From Escherichia coli (GTDB lineage Bacteria; Pseudomonadota; Gammaproteobacteria; Enterobacterales; Enterobacteriaceae): a stretch of 64,000 nt of DNA. How positions within the stretch are numbered: position 1 is the first letter of the stretch; every line of letters starts with the position of its first letter. Of this stretch, positions 1 to 14,950 are shown piece by piece. A model generated the notes under the pieces. It was given only the letters and a program-made list of their open reading frames with translations. It was not told the DNA's origin and did no database searches. The position numbers and the translations under genes are program-made. Where the stretch lies: assembly GCF_002854065.1 (NCBI RefSeq), contig NZ_CP024147.1. One strand, given 5' to 3'.

Positions 1-2403
<2,403 letters not shown>

Positions 2404-3837
2404 CTATTTCAAGCGATAGTAAAGCTCACGGTACGACTTCGCCGCGACCTGCCAGCTAAAATCCATTGCCATAGCCTGACGTTGCACAAACCGCCACAGT
2501 GAAGGACGGGACCACAGTACAAAAGCACGTCGAATAGCCCGTAACAGCGACCAGGCATTACTATCTTCAAAGACAAACCCACTGGCGACGCCATCTGCAA
2601 GGTTCTCAAGAGAACAGTCAGAAACCGTATCAGCAAGCCCACCGGTGCGCCGCACTAACGGCAGCGTACCGTACTTCAATCCATAAAGTTGCGTTAAGCC
2701 GCACGGTTCAAAACGGCTGGGCACCAGAATGACGTCCGCGCCGCCCATAATGCGATGCGAAAATGCTTCGTGATAGCCAATCTGAACGCCCACTTGGCCG
2801 GGGTATTCCGCTGCCGCCGCAAGGAAACCTTCCTGCAGCACCGGATCGCCCGCGCCGAGTAGCGCCAGCTGCCCGCCCTGCTCCAGAAGGCCCGGTAAGG
2901 CTTCCAGCACCAGGTCGAGACCTTTCTGGCTGGTCAGACGGCTCACCACTGCAAAAAGCGGCACTTTATCGTCAACCTTAAGCCCCATTGCGATTTGTAA
3001 CTGGCGCTTATTTTCCGCTTTATCTTCCAACGTATCGCGGGTGTAACGCGAGGCCAACAGTAAGTCCGTCTCTGGACTCCAGATTTTCTCGTCCACGCCG
3101 TTCAGTACGCCGGAAAGACGCCCTTCACGGTGACGCTGTTGCAACAGACCTTCCATACCGTAGGCAAACTGCGGTTCGGTGATCTCGCGAGCGTAGGTTG
3201 GACTGACCGCCGTAATGTGATCGGCATAGTACAGACCGGCCTTCAGGAAAGAGATTTGTCCGTTGAATTCCAGCCCATGAATATTAAAGAATGACCATGG
3301 CAATTGGATGTCATTCATGTGATGTGCATAAAACATGCCTTGATAGGCCAGGTTGTGCACAGTAAACACCGACTTCGCCGGACGCCCGCGCGCCGCCAGA
3401 TACGCAGGCGCAAGGCCTGCATGCCAGTCGTGCGCATGCACCACATCAGGACGCCAGAATGGGTCAAGCCCGCTGGCCATTTCTGCCCCAACCCACCCCA
3501 GCAGCGCAAAACGCAATACGTTGTCGGTATAGGCAAATAAGTTGGTATCGTGATACGGGCTTCCCGGACGATCATAGAGATGCGGCGCGTCAATCAGGTA
3601 TATGCCAACCCCGTTGTAATGACCGAACAACAGCGTGATATGCCCGGCAAAGGTATCACGACGGGATACTACCTGCGCATCGGTCACGCCACGGCGAATA
3701 TCGGGAAATGCAGGCAACAGTACGCGAGCGTCAACGCCGTCTGCGATTTGTGCTGCGGGTAATGCCCCAATAACATCAGCCAGACCGCCGGTTTTAAGCA
3801 GCGGGAACATCTCTGAACATACATGTAAAACCTGCAT
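2404..3837 (-). CDS. glgA: glycogen synthase
   Basis: 477-aa [25 protein letters not shown]...; start overlaps glgC stop by 1 nt. Confidence 0.96.
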
Positions 3838-5132
3838 TATCGCTCCTGTTTATGCCCTAACTTCCGTAGCATTTCGCGCGTTACCAGCACGATGCCTTCT
3901 TCTGAACGATAGAAACGACGTGCATCTTCCTCTGCGTTTTCACCAATCACCATGCCTTCCGGAATAACACAAGCACGATCGATGACGCAGCGGCGCAGAC
4001 GGCACGAGCGACCTACCCATACTTCCGGTAACAATACGGCGGAATCAATGTTGCAGAATGAATTCACGCGAACGCGCGAGAACAGAACGGACTGCACCAC
4101 CACCGAACCGGAGATCACACAACCGCCGGATACCAGTGAGTTAAGGGTCATCCCGTGGCTACCGGAGCGATCCTGCACGAATTTCGCTGGCGGTAATGAT
4201 TCATTGTAGGTGCGAATTGGCCAATTGCGATCGTACATATCCAGTTCCGGCACCACAGAGGCCAGATCGAGGTTCGCTTTCCAGTAAGCTTCCAGCGTAC
4301 CCACATCGCGCCAGTACGGCTCGGCATCCGGATCGGATTGTACGCAAGAGAGCGGGAACGGGTGCGCATAGGCCAGACCGGCTTCGGTGATCTTGGGAAT
4401 CAAATCTTTGCCAAAGTCGTGGCTGGAGTTCTCATCGCGATCGTCTTCTTCCAGCAGTTCATACAGATAGTCGGCGTCAAAGACGTAGATACCCATACTC
4501 GCCAGAGATTTGCTCGGATCGTTCGGCATTGACGGCGGGTTAGCAGGTTTTTCAACGAATTCGATAATTTTATCGTTCTCATCAACCGCCATAACGCCAA
4601 ATGCGGAGGCTTCTTCAATCGGTACTGGCATACAAGCAACGGTGCAACGTGCGCCTTTTTCGACGTGATCGATAAGCATACGCGAGTAGTCTTGCTTGTA
4701 GATATGGTCGCCCGCCAGGATCACCACGTATTCCGCTTTATAACGGCGGATAATATCGAGGTTTTGGGTGACCGCATCTGCGGTGCCGCGATACCAGTTT
4801 TCCCCTTTCATTCTCTGCTGCGCTGGCAGCAGATCGACAAACTCGTTCATTTCTTCATTAAAGAATGACCAGCCGCGCTGAATGTGCTGCACCAGAGTGT
4901 GGGACTGGTACTGGGTGATCACGCCCATACGACGGATCCCGGAGTTGATGCAGTTAGACAGCGCAAAGTCGATAATGCGGAACTTACCGCCGAAGTGTAC
5001 GGCCGGTTTTGCTCGCTTATTGGTTAAATCCTTCAGGCGGGTACCACGTCCTCCCGCCAGTATCAGGGCAACAGATTTCAATGGCAGCTGGCGCGCCAAC
5101 ATTAAGTGATCGTTCTTCTCTAAACTAACCAT
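3837..5132 (-). CDS. glgC: glucose-1-phosphate adenylyltransferase
   Basis: ORF 3837..5168; internal ATG at 5130-5132 gives [17 protein letters not shown]... with GGRGTRL nucleotide-binding motif; upstream in-frame start is likely spurious. Confidence 0.93.
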
Positions 5133-5149
5133 GACTAACTCCTTTTTTA

Positions 5150-7123
5150 TCATCTCTGGAACACACACAATCCGTGTGCAGGTCCCTGCCAGACAGCCGT
5201 AATCACTGGGTTATCCTCTCCAGCGAATGGGGGAATGGCGTGCCACTCCCCAGCAGGTAAAACAATCTCTGTTACCTCAAGCGTGGCGTTAATTGCGATC
5301 AAAAAGCGATCCGAGAGCAGAATTTGCAGCTGTTTCGGCCCGTTTTGCCACTCATCCGTGCTTAAAGGTTGAGCATATCGATTTAGCCAACGGACATTGC
5401 CGTCGCCTTCTTCCCACCAGCGATTCTCCACCAAAGCGGGAATACGCTTGCGCAGATGGATTAACGCGGCGGTAAATGCGGTTAAACCACTGCTTGCCTG
5501 CGACCAGTCCAACCAGGTTAATTGGTTATCCTGACAGTAGGCATTGTTATTGCCATGCTGGCTGTGACCATGTTCGTCACCGGCCAGTAACATCGGCGTG
5601 CCCTGGGAGAGCAACAACGTTGTTAACAGGGCATGAATGCTGTCGCGCCGCCGTTCAACCAGATCAAGAGTACCGCCTAACCCTTCTTTACCATGATTGT
5701 TACTGTAATTGTTGTTGGTCCCGTCGCGATTTTCTTCTCCGTTTGCTTCATTGTGTTTATGGTTGAAACAAACGCAGTCGCGAAGCGTAAAACCGTCATG
5801 CGCGGTGACGAGATTAATCGCGGCACTCGGCAGACGACCATTACGTTTAAAAACATCGCTGGAGGCAGCAAAACGCCCGGCAAACGCCCCCAGAGGCAAA
5901 TCATAATGTAGCCAGAAACGACGGGCAGCATCGCGGAAATGATCGTTCCACTCGGCAAACAGCGGCGGGAAATTTCCCACCTGATAACCACCAGGAGCGA
6001 TATCCCACGGTTCAGCAATTAACTTCACCTGCGAGAGCACCGGGCAGTTCTGGATAGCGGTAAACAACGGCGCATCCTGACGGAACTCTGGCGTACGGCC
6101 CATGACTGCCGCCAGATCAAAGCGGAAACCATCGACGTGGCAGGTTTCTACCCAATAACGCAGGCAGGCGCTGGCATAATCCACCACCGCCGGGTGACTC
6201 AAATTGAGCGTGTTGCCACAACCGGTCCAGTTGTGATAATCGCCGTCTTCTCTTATCCAATAATAGCTACGGTTGTCGATCCCACGCAGCGAGAATAACG
6301 GGCCGTCGAGGTCCAGTTCCGCACTATGGTTGAGCACGATATCAAGAATGACTTCGATACCCGCTTTATGCAGTGCTTTGATTGCATCGCGAAACTCATG
6401 CAGCGCCGTTTCTGGCGAGCAGGCATACGCCGGATGCAGCGCAAACATCGCCACCGGGTTGTAACCCCAGTAGTTACTTAGCCCCATGCGTTGCAGACGT
6501 GGTTCACTGGCAAACTGCGCCACTGGCAGCAGTTCCAGCGCGGTAATGCCCAATTGTTTCAAATAGTTGATCATCACCGGATGCCCGAGGGCTTTATAAG
6601 TGCCACGGATCTCGACCGGGATCTCCGGGTGCAGGTACGTTAATCCTTTAACATGGGCTTCATAAATGATGGTGCTGCCCCACGGCGTGCGCGGCGGGGC
6701 ATCATCTTCCCAGTCATAGTGATCAACCACCACTACGCATTTCGGCGCAATGGCGGCGTTGTCGCGATAGTCAGGTTCATTATGACCGGCGTGCAGCAGC
6801 GGGTTATCTTTAAACTCCCCGTCAATTTGCCGCGCGCAAGGATCAATCAACAACTTCGCCGGGTTAAAGCGATGCCCCTCGGCGGGTTGCCAGGGGCCAT
6901 GAACGCGATAACCATAACGCAAACCCGGGCGCGCATCCGGCAGATAACCGTGCCAAATGTCGCCACTGTGCCCTGGCAAGTCATAGCGATGTTCCTGGCC
7001 ATTGGCGTCAAAGACACACAGCTCTACCCGCTCGGCATGAGCGGAGAAAAGTGTGAAGTTGACGCCCTGACCGTCGTAATGCGCGCCGAGGGGAGCGGGT
7101 TTGCCAATGGCGAGTTGTGTCAT
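5150..7123 (-). CDS. glgX: glycogen debranching enzyme (GH13)
   Basis: 657-aa [26 protein letters not shown]...; alpha-amylase family catalytic region. Confidence 0.95.
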
Positions 7124-9306
7124 TCTGCCTCCCGAACCAGCCAGATAGTGGCCAGCGGTGGTAGCGTCAGGCTTAGTGAATGCTGACGACCGTGGCTGGC
7201 AATCTCATCGCTGTGTACCGTGCCGCCATTGCCTGCATTACTGCCGTGATAGTGCATGGAATCGGTATTGAGGATCTCACGCCATTTGCCTGGCTGATTA
7301 ATGCCGAAGCGATAATCATGACGCGGCACCGGCGTAAAGTTACTGGCAACAATGATTTCGTTACCCTCTTTATCGCGACGCACAAAGATCAGCACCGAGC
7401 GTTCTTTGTCATCCACCACCAGCCATTCAAAGCCGTACGGGTCAAAATCCAGTTCATGCATCGCTTTATGGTGGCGGTAGGTGAGGTTCAGATCGCGCAC
7501 CAGACGCTGGACACCGTGGTGCCAGTTATCGCCGCCTTCCAACAGATGCCAGTCGAGGCTGGCGTCATGGTTCCACTCGCGGCCCTGGGCAAATTCGTTC
7601 CCCATGAACAGCAGTTTCTTGCCCGGAAATGCCCACATCCAGCCATAGTAAGCGCGCAGGTTAGCGAATTTCTGCCATGCGTCGCCCGGCATGCGGTCGA
7701 GAATCGATTTTTTACCGTGGACCACTTCATCATGCGACAACGGTAGGACGAAGTTTTCAGTGTAGTTGTAGAGCATCCCGAAGGTCAGTTTATCGTGATG
7801 ATACTGACGATAAATCGGGTCGAGCTTCATGTAGTCCAGGGTGTCATGCATCCAGCCGAGGTTCCACTTGTACCAGAAGCCCAGACCGCCCATATCCTGC
7901 GGACGAGAAACGCCAGGGAAATCGGTAGACTCCTCAGCCATTGTCACCGCACCGGAAACCTGCTCACCAAGAATACGGTTGGTATTACGCAAGAATTCAA
8001 TCGCTTCAAGATTCTCGCGCCCGCCAAATTCGTTCGGGATCCACTCCCCCTCTTTACGGCTGTAGTCACGATAAATCATCGACGCCACCGCATCGACGCG
8101 CAGCGCATCAATACCAAAACGTTCAATCCAGTAAAGCGCGTTACCGACGAGGAAGTTACTGACTTCACGGCGACCATAGTTGTAAATCAGCGTGTTCCAG
8201 TCCTGATGATAGCCTTCGCGCGGATCGCTGTGTTCATACAAGTTCGTACCATCAAATTCGGCAAGCGCAAAGTCATCAGTCGGGAAGTGGCCTGGCACCC
8301 AGTCGAGAATCACGTTCAGACCAGCTGCGTGTGCAGCATCAATGAAATAACGGAAGTCGTCGCGAGTACCAAAACGGCGGGTTGGTGCATACAGGCCGGT
8401 TGGCTGATAACCCCAACTGCCATCGAAGGGATGCTCGTTAATGGGCAGTAGTTCGAGGTGGGTAAAGCCCATCCATTTAGCATAAGGCACCAGTTGATCG
8501 GCCAGCTCGCGGTAGCTCAACCAGAAATTGTTGTCGGTGTGGCGACGCCAGGAGCCCAGGTGAACTTCATAAATAGAGATTGGCGCATCAAACTGATTCG
8601 CTTTTTTGCGCTCTTCAGTCTGTACAACCTTTTCCGGCAGCCCGCAAATAAGAGACGCGGTTTCCGGGCGCATTTGCGCTTCGAAGGCATAAGGGTCGGA
8701 CTTCAGACGCAAGTTGCCATTGGCATCAATCATCTCGTATTTATAGAGCTGACCGTTATGCGCCCCAGGGATAAACAGTTCCCAGATGCCGCTCTCTTTA
8801 CGCAGGCGCATCGGGTGACGGCGACCGTCCCAGTAGTTGAATTGCCCAACCACCGAGACCCGACGGGCGTTTGGAGCCCAGACAGAGAAACGCGTACCTG
8901 TGACGCCATCCATAGTATCTGCATGCGCGCCTAAAGTTTCATACGGGCGCAGGTGAGTACCTTCAGATAATAGCCAGGCATCCATTTCCTGGATTAGCGG
9001 ACCAAAACGGTAAGGATCATCAATCAGGTTTTGCTGACCATGCCAGACAACAGCCAACTGATAGCGGAAAAAATTCTTACGTCGCGGAATGATGCCGCTA
9101 AAGAATCCCCGTGAGTCGAGACACTCCAGTTTTGCGAGTTTGCGCCCGGTTTTCGGTTCAATCACCCAGACATCGGTAGCGTCGGGTAAAAGGGCACGGA
9201 CTTCCAGTCCCGCGGTGGTTTTATGCATTCCCAGTACGGAAAAAGGATCCGCAAAATGGCCTGCAATTAGCGCGTTAATCACGTCTCTATCGATACGATC
9301 GGACAT
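7120..9306 (-). CDS. glgB: 1,4-alpha-glucan branching enzyme
   Basis: 728-aa [29 protein letters not shown]...; 4-nt overlap with glgX start. Confidence 0.95.
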   Translation of the reverse strand: MSDRIDRDVINALIAGHFADPFSVLGMHKTTAGLEVRALLPDATDVWVIEPKTGRKLAKLECLDSRGFFSGIIPRRKNFFRYQLAVVWHGQQNLIDDPYRFGPLIQEMDAWLLSEGTHLRPYETLGAHADTMDGVTGTRFSVWAPNARRVSVVGQFNYWDGRRHPMRLRKESGIWELFIPGAHNGQLYKYEMIDANGNLRLKSDPYAFEAQMRPETASLICGLPEKVVQTEERKKANQFDAPISIYEVHLGSWRRHTDNNFWLSYRELADQLVPYAKWMGFTHLELLPINEHPFDGSWGYQPTGLYAPTRRFGTRDDFRYFIDAAHAAGLNVILDWVPGHFPTDDFALAEFDGTNLYEHSDPREGYHQDWNTLIYNYGRREVSNFLVGNALYWIERFGIDALRVDAVASMIYRDYSRKEGEWIPNEFGGRENLEAIEFLRNTNRILGEQVSGAVTMAEESTDFPGVSRPQDMGGLGFWYKWNLGWMHDTLDYMKLDPIYRQYHHDKLTFGMLYNYTENFVLPLSHDEVVHGKKSILDRMPGDAWQKFANLRAYYGWMWAFPGKKLLFMGNEFAQGREWNHDASLDWHLLEGGDNWHHGVQRLVRDLNLTYRHHKAMHELDFDPYGFEWLVVDDKERSVLIFVRRDKEGNEIIVASNFTPVPRHDYRFGINQPGKWREILNTDSMHYHGSNAGNGGTVHSDEIASHGRQHSLSLTLPPLATIWLVREAE

Positions 9307-9578
9307 GCTTGTCTTCCTGTTTTATTGTGTCACCCCATCCAATTGGATTTTTGACTTCTGGTTGTGACATTTTTTTGACCTGAACGGCGCAGCACTCTGT
9401 GCATCCTCTCTGCGTCGTCCTCACTTCAGGTAAGGCTGTGAATACTCATGTATTCAGCCACCCTTAAAGAATAGCCAATGCTCTATTTAACTCCCGGTAA
9501 ATCATGAAACATCTGCGCTTACTCCTGTATTACGCACTAACAGGGGCGGCATCGCGCCCCAGATTTAATGAATAAAGA

Positions 9579-10682
9579 TTACGCCAGTTGACGAAGCATC
9601 CGACGCAGCGGCTCCGCGGCCCCCCACAGCAGCTGGTCGCCCACGGTAAAGGCTGACAGGAACTCTGGTCCCATATTCAGCTTACGCAGGCGGCCTACCG
9701 GCGTGGTCAGCGTGCCGGTAACGGCAGCTGGGGTTAGCTCACGCATAGTGATTTCCCGATCGTTCGGAACGACTTTCGCCCACGGATTGTGTGCAGCCAG
9801 CAGTTCTTCCACGGTCGGAATAGACACATCTTTTTTCAATTTAATAGTGAATGCCTGGCTGTGGCAGCGCAATGCCCCGACACGCACACATAAACCATCT
9901 ACCGGAATTACGGAAGATGTGTTGAGGATCTTGTTGGTTTCCGCCTGCCCTTTCCACTCTTCGCGGCTCTGACCGTTATCGAGCTGTTTGTCGATCCACG
10001 GAATCAGGCTACCCGCCAGCGGCACGCCAAAGTTATCCACCGGCAGCTCACCGCTACGGGTTAAGGTTGTGACTTTGCGTTCGATATCGAGAATAGCAGA
10101 GGACGGGGTCGCGAGTTCATCTGCTACATGGCCATACAGATGGCCCATCTGGGTTAATAACTCACGCATATGTCGCGCACCACCGCCGGAAGCGGCCTGG
10201 TAGGTTGCAACGGACACCCAATCAACAAGATCATTGGCGAATAAACCACCCAACGACATCAACATCAGGCTTACGGTACAGTTACCGCCAACAAAAGTCC
10301 TGATGCCATTATTTAATCCGTCGGTAATGACGTCCTGATTGACGGGGTCAAGAATGATGATGGCGTCATCTTTCATGCGCAGAGACGATGCTGCGTCAAT
10401 CCAGTAACCCTGCCATCCGCTTTCACGAAGCTTTGGATAGATTTCGTTGGTATAATCGCCGCCCTGACAGGTCACAATGATATCGAGGGCCTTTAGCGCC
10501 TCCAGATCAAAGGCATCCTGAAGTGTGCCAGTGGTTCCGCCAAAAGACGGCGCAGCCTGACCAAGCTGAGAAGTAGAAAAAAAGACAGGGCGAATGGCGT
10601 CGAAGTCGCGCTCTTCAACCATGCGTTGCATGAGAACGGAGCCGACCATACCGCGCCAGCCGATAAAACCAACATTTTTCAT
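9579..10682 (-). CDS. asd: aspartate-semialdehyde dehydrogenase
   Basis: ORF 9579..10742; ATG at 10680-10682 gives [17 protein letters not shown] (Rossmann N-terminus); 20-codon upstream extension judged spurious. Confidence 0.94.
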
Positions 10683-10873
10683 AAGCGTTTTTTCCTGCAA
10701 AGATGTGTGCTGTATAAATGTGCCGGTCTCCTCTTGGCACATCTTTCACCATACAAAAAGCAGCCAAAGTCGCAAGTGAAATTAATCAATGATAGCGAAG
10801 CCATCAGTAATGCGACTTATCCTGCTTTGTTAGCACGCAGAAAGTCCGCGGCAATTATCAGGGAATTTGAGTT

Positions 10874-11467
10874 ATGAATGAAATCATTTCTGCAGCAGTT
10901 TTATTGATCCTGATTATGGATCCGCTCGGAAACCTACCTATTTTCATGTCCGTACTGAAACATACTGAACCGAAAAGACGGCGGGCAATCATGGTGCGAG
11001 AGTTGCTTATTGCTCTCCTGGTGATGCTGGTGTTCCTGTTTGCGGGTGAGAAAATTCTGGCATTTCTCAGCCTACGAGCAGAAACCGTCTCCATTTCTGG
11101 CGGCATCATTCTGTTTCTAATTGCCATTAAGATGATTTTCCCCAGCGCTTCAGGAAATAGCAGCGGGCTTCCGGCAGGTGAAGAGCCATTTATCGTGCCG
11201 CTGGCAATTCCGCTGGTCGCCGGGCCAACTATTCTCGCCACGCTGATGTTGTTGTCTCATCAGTACCCGAATCAGATGGGACATCTGGTGATTGCTCTGC
11301 TGCTGGCCTGGGGCGGCACCTTTGTCATCCTGCTACAGTCTTCGCTATTTTTACGTCTGCTGGGCGAGAAAGGGGTGAACGCACTTGAACGCCTGATGGG
11401 ATTGATTCTGGTGATGATGGCAACCCAGATGTTCCTCGACGGCATTCGAATGTGGATGAAGGGGTAA
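10874..11467 (+). CDS. yhgN: MarC-family (UPF0056) inner membrane protein
   Basis: 197-aa hydrophobic ORF MNEIISAAVLLILIMDPLGNLPIF...; divergent from asd. Confidence 0.9.
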   Translation: MNEIISAAVLLILIMDPLGNLPIFMSVLKHTEPKRRRAIMVRELLIALLVMLVFLFAGEKILAFLSLRAETVSISGGIILFLIAIKMIFPSASGNSSGLPAGEEPFIVPLAIPLVAGPTILATLMLLSHQYPNQMGHLVIALLLAWGGTFVILLQSSLFLRLLGEKGVNALERLMGLILVMMATQMFLDGIRMWMKG

Positions 11468-11473
11468 GGTTCA

Positions 11474-11517
11474 AACAGGTGCTGCACACAACCAGACGCG
11501 GCACCTGTTTTATTACC
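11474..11517. terminator. hairpin plus T-run between convergent yhgN and the DprA-like gene (likely bidirectional terminator)
   Basis: Arms aaacaggtgc (11474-11483) and gcacctgttt (11501-11510), followed by ttttatt. Confidence 0.5.
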
Positions 11518-12715
11518 TGAACTGATAATGACCTTCGCCCAATCGGATAACCCTTCCCTCTTCTTCTGCGCGGTTCAGCCACACACTAATTTGTTCGATG
11601 GTTAAACCAGTACAAGACGCCAGCCTTTCAATACTTATCGATTCCTTTGCAAGGATCGCCAGTTCCGCCACAAAGAGTTGATAAAAATCGACAGGCGTAT
11701 ACGCGGGCATTACTGCGTAATTTGCGTCATCTTCATGCAGCGAAAACAGTTCTGGTTGAGCGTTACGGAGTGCTCTGTCATACATCAGCCCAGGAACGTC
11801 TGGCAGTCTGATCGTCACATTCTCAGCCTGTTCAGCACTCCATGACGCCCCATTTTCTACTAATCGTGAATTGGCTGATTGCATATCCTGATTTGGTTTA
11901 ACCTGCACAGGCAGCCACTGATGTTTTAATGCCTCCATCGCCCCGGTTATCGTTCCACCGGTCATTCCCGCACGTACAACCATTGCGCTTTCAGCAAGGC
12001 AATAAATATATTTATTTCGCGCCATCGCATTGCCGACGGTGAAACGTACCTCTGGGTAAAACGGCGAAATCAACACCAGGTTGCCTGCTATAAGCCCTTC
12101 ACGCCATTTCACTAACGTACTCGTTTTTAACAAGCTATCAGCTAATACGCCAACGGCAGTTCCCCCGGCCTCCAGTACCGACGCCATTGCACATTCATCA
12201 ATACCTCGCGCACCACCAGAGATAACGCAAATCCCCTGTTGGGCCAGTTTCGCGGCCAGTTGTTGGGTATAGCGCAAATCGTCAGTCGGAGCATCTCGCG
12301 AGCCAACAATCGCCATACCTTCCGCTTGCAGTAATGCTTTATTCCCGCAGCCAAATAAAACGGGAGGTGCATCCGTTCGCAATCGGTTTTTCAAGCGAAC
12401 GGGATAATCAGCATCTCCGCGGGTTAAGATCCATAAACCGGCGCGTTGCCACTTATCTACCGCCAACGCCAGACTATGACCACGCGCCAGCAAGCCAAGA
12501 ATACGCTCCTGAGAAATACGCGGATCGCTCCAGCCTGTAAGTTTCTCTTGCGGTTGCGGCACCAGAAGCTCGGCGGGACTGATACGTTGGTGCTTCAGCC
12601 ATAATGCAAACTTCCCCCATTCACTATTACTAAGAGGTTTATACTCACTCGCCGCCGCGCGAGAAAAATCGCTGGTTAGCAGGAGAGTTGCTTGTGCATT
12701 GGCTGAAAGATTCAT
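11513..12715 (-). CDS. DprA/Smf-like (DNA-processing protein A family) protein
   Basis: ORF 11513..12808; DprA Rossmann-core signature ...IVGSRDAPTDDLRYTQQLAAKLAQQGICVISGGARGIDECAMASVLEAGGTAVGVLADSL... Start set at ATG 12713-12715, which overlaps the upstream TGA (12715-12717) by 1 nt; alternative start 12808. Confidence 0.75.
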   Translation of the reverse strand: MNLSANAQATLLLTSDFSRAAASEYKPLSNSEWGKFALWLKHQRISPAELLVPQPQEKLTGWSDPRISQERILGLLARGHSLALAVDKWQRAGLWILTRGDADYPVRLKNRLRTDAPPVLFGCGNKALLQAEGMAIVGSRDAPTDDLRYTQQLAAKLAQQGICVISGGARGIDECAMASVLEAGGTAVGVLADSLLKTSTLVKWREGLIAGNLVLISPFYPEVRFTVGNAMARNKYIYCLAESAMVVRAGMTGGTITGAMEALKHQWLPVQVKPNQDMQSANSRLVENGASWSAEQAENVTIRLPDVPGLMYDRALRNAQPELFSLHEDDANYAVMPAYTPVDFYQLFVAELAILAKESISIERLASCTGLTIEQISVWLNRAEEEGRVIRLGEGHYQFR

Positions 12716-14822
12716 CAATTTTTTACCGAGGTAGAAGCAAGGGCAAGAGGATAAACCGTCGGGCAACCTGCCTGGCGTAACAGTGCTGTCAGAACTGTCA
12801 GCGTCCATGCAGAATCCACGATATCGTCAACCAGCAACGCCGGACCAGGCATCAAAGGAGGGGTAATCACAAACGCCCCGTCGAGATTTTGACACTGGTG
12901 GAAACGGTTTTGCTGCATTTTCTGCGGTGGATTGTCCACGACTTTTTCAATGGCATCAATAATAGGTAAGCCAAGTTTCGCCGCCAGTCGCCGGGCAAAA
13001 TCAGGAACCAGGTCGAGGTGCTTTAATGAAGGAACGCAGCATACCCAGGTTGGTTCAGGATGCGGATTCCAGCGTTGGCGAACCATTTCCGCACATGCCT
13101 CCACCAGTTCATCACTGAATCGCCCCGTTTTTTTCTCCTGTGCTACCTGCTTTCCCCACCCGGAATCTCCCCAACGAGAAAGGATTCGCCCCGTAGATCC
13201 TTGTAAAATCGCAGGCAAGTTCCCTTTAAATCCGTATTGCGTAAAAGCCCCAGCTGCCACCTGTTTATTGAGATTTAATGACAGGTCAGCGTGTTTAATA
13301 AATAAGTTTGCCGCATGGAGTAAGCCGCTATCAATGTCGGGCGACAACAACGGATGCTGAAGACAACTGCTACATTTACCACAATGTTCGGCACCTGGCT
13401 CATCGAGTGCGCGGCGCAGAAATTGCATTTTGCACTCCTTGGTCGTGATATAGCTTTCAACGTCTGCCAGCTCACTTTTTCTCTGATTCATCAAATGGTT
13501 AATTCGTTCATGGTCAGGAGAAAAACTGACAATTGTTCTGCGCCATAATTTCTCGGTATACACCACAGGCGATGGATTTTCAGCTACCAATAATTTCAGT
13601 GCTTTTTCTATTTGCCCATAACGGAGATTCGTCCGTTGTTCAATGCCTCGTAAGGTAAGACCGTCATTCACGCTAAGTACGTTGAGTATTTCATGAATTT
13701 GCGCCTCCGCAGGAAAGGCGCTTTCACGGAAGAATTTATGAATAGCACGGTCTTCACTGCCGCAAAGCAGTATGCCAACAGCAGAATCGATACCGCGACC
13801 GGCACGCCCCACCTGTTGGTAGTAACCAACTATCGAACCTGGCATCTGGTAATGAATAACAAACCCCAAATCCGGTTTGTCAAAGCCCATTCCCAGCGCC
13901 GTTGTCGCAACCAGCACTTTAATTTTATTTGCCAGCAACGCCTGCTCCAGATATTCCCTGGCAGTATTAGAATCTTCCGCGCCTTCACAAGTCACGCCGC
14001 TGTAGTAAGCAAATGCACTGATACCATTTTTCCTTAACCACTCGGCGACAAGTTCGGCATCGCGAGTAGTCAGGGTATAAACAATTCCCGATTTGGAAAA
14101 CTGAGGGAAAACTGAGGGATAACCGTTGCTAACCATGCCAGACGGGATGACTGTTCACCTAAGACTAAGGCATCAAGCGCCAAACTTTCGCGAGCCAGCG
14201 TTCCACGCTGAATCACAATGTCACCCAATTGCTGACGGATATCCTCAACGACACGGTTATTCGCTGTCGCGGTTGTACCCAGAACAGGGGTATTCGCAGG
14301 TAGTTGGCGCAAAATATCTAATATACGTCGGTAATCCGGGCGAAAATCGTGGCCCCAATCAGAGATGCAGTGCGCCTCGTCGACCACAAGCAAGCCAATA
14401 TGATCGGCTATAGGATATAAAACCGTTTCGATAAAGTCCTGGTTTGCCAAACGTTCCGGGGAAACCAGCAAGCAATCGACCTCACCTTGCAGCAACTTAT
14501 CGCTAATGCGCTGCCATTCTTCTCTGTTTGTAGAATTCAACGTTTCAGCCGTAATACCTAACCGTTCAGCGGCGGCAACCTGGTTACGCATCAGGGCAAG
14601 CAAAGGAGAGATGATAATTGTCGGGCCAGCGCCGCGATCGCGGAAGATTTTACTGGCGATGAAGTACACAGCACTTTTCCCCCAGCCAGTGCGTTGGACA
14701 ACCAGCAGTTTTCGCCGTTGGTTCACCACCGCGTCTATGGCTTCCCATTGCCCTTCCCTGAAAGTAGCGGTGGTATTTCCTAACATCCGCTGTAAAAGCA
14801 ATTCAGCTGCGTGCTTTTCCAT
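12715..14822 (-). pseudogene. RecQ-like helicase fused to a C-terminal ComF/PRTase-like domain, frameshifted by an 11-bp tandem duplication
   Basis: Two overlapping minus-strand ORFs (14070..14822 and 12715..14136). The N-terminal part carries Walker A QRTGWGKS and DEAH-type VVDEAHCISDWGHDFRPDY; the C-terminal part carries the helicase C-domain (VATTALGMGFDKPDLGFVIHYQMPGSIVGYYQQVGRAGRG), a CxxCxxC cluster and a PRPP-binding-like ALLVDDIVDS segment. Deleting one 11-bp copy in silico joins them into a ~696-codon ORF (...ATVIPQFSKSGIVYTLTTRDAE...). Confidence 0.75.
14097..14118. repeat. perfect 11-bp tandem duplication (aaaactgaggg x2) causing the helicase frameshift
   Basis: Copies at 14097-14107 and 14108-14118 read directly from the sequence. 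Confidence 0.9.
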
Positions 14823-14922
14823 CTTTATCTCCTGCGATCTTTAGGCAGTGATTAGAACGGATTATTTGCAGGTAAATTTGCGAGAGAGATCAAAAAGATG
14901 AAGAGAGGAGAAAAGAGAAATG

Positions 14923-14950
14923 AATTACTGCGAGCAAGCTCGCAGTAATT
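14923..14950. terminator. perfect palindrome (13-bp arms, 2-nt centre) just downstream of gntU; probable gntU terminator, possibly also an operator
   Basis: aattactgcgagc-aa-gctcgcagtaatt; pyrimidine-rich tract follows on the minus strand; partial direct repeat cgcagtaatt at 14954-14963. Confidence 0.55.

Noticed and set aside
7180-8934. Plus-strand ORFs of 158-218 aa
   Set aside because: Antisense within glgB.
9543-9560. GC-rich hairpin ggggcg-gcatcg-cgcccc downstream of asd
   Set aside because: No following T-run on the asd (minus) strand; could be a terminator but evidence is insufficient.
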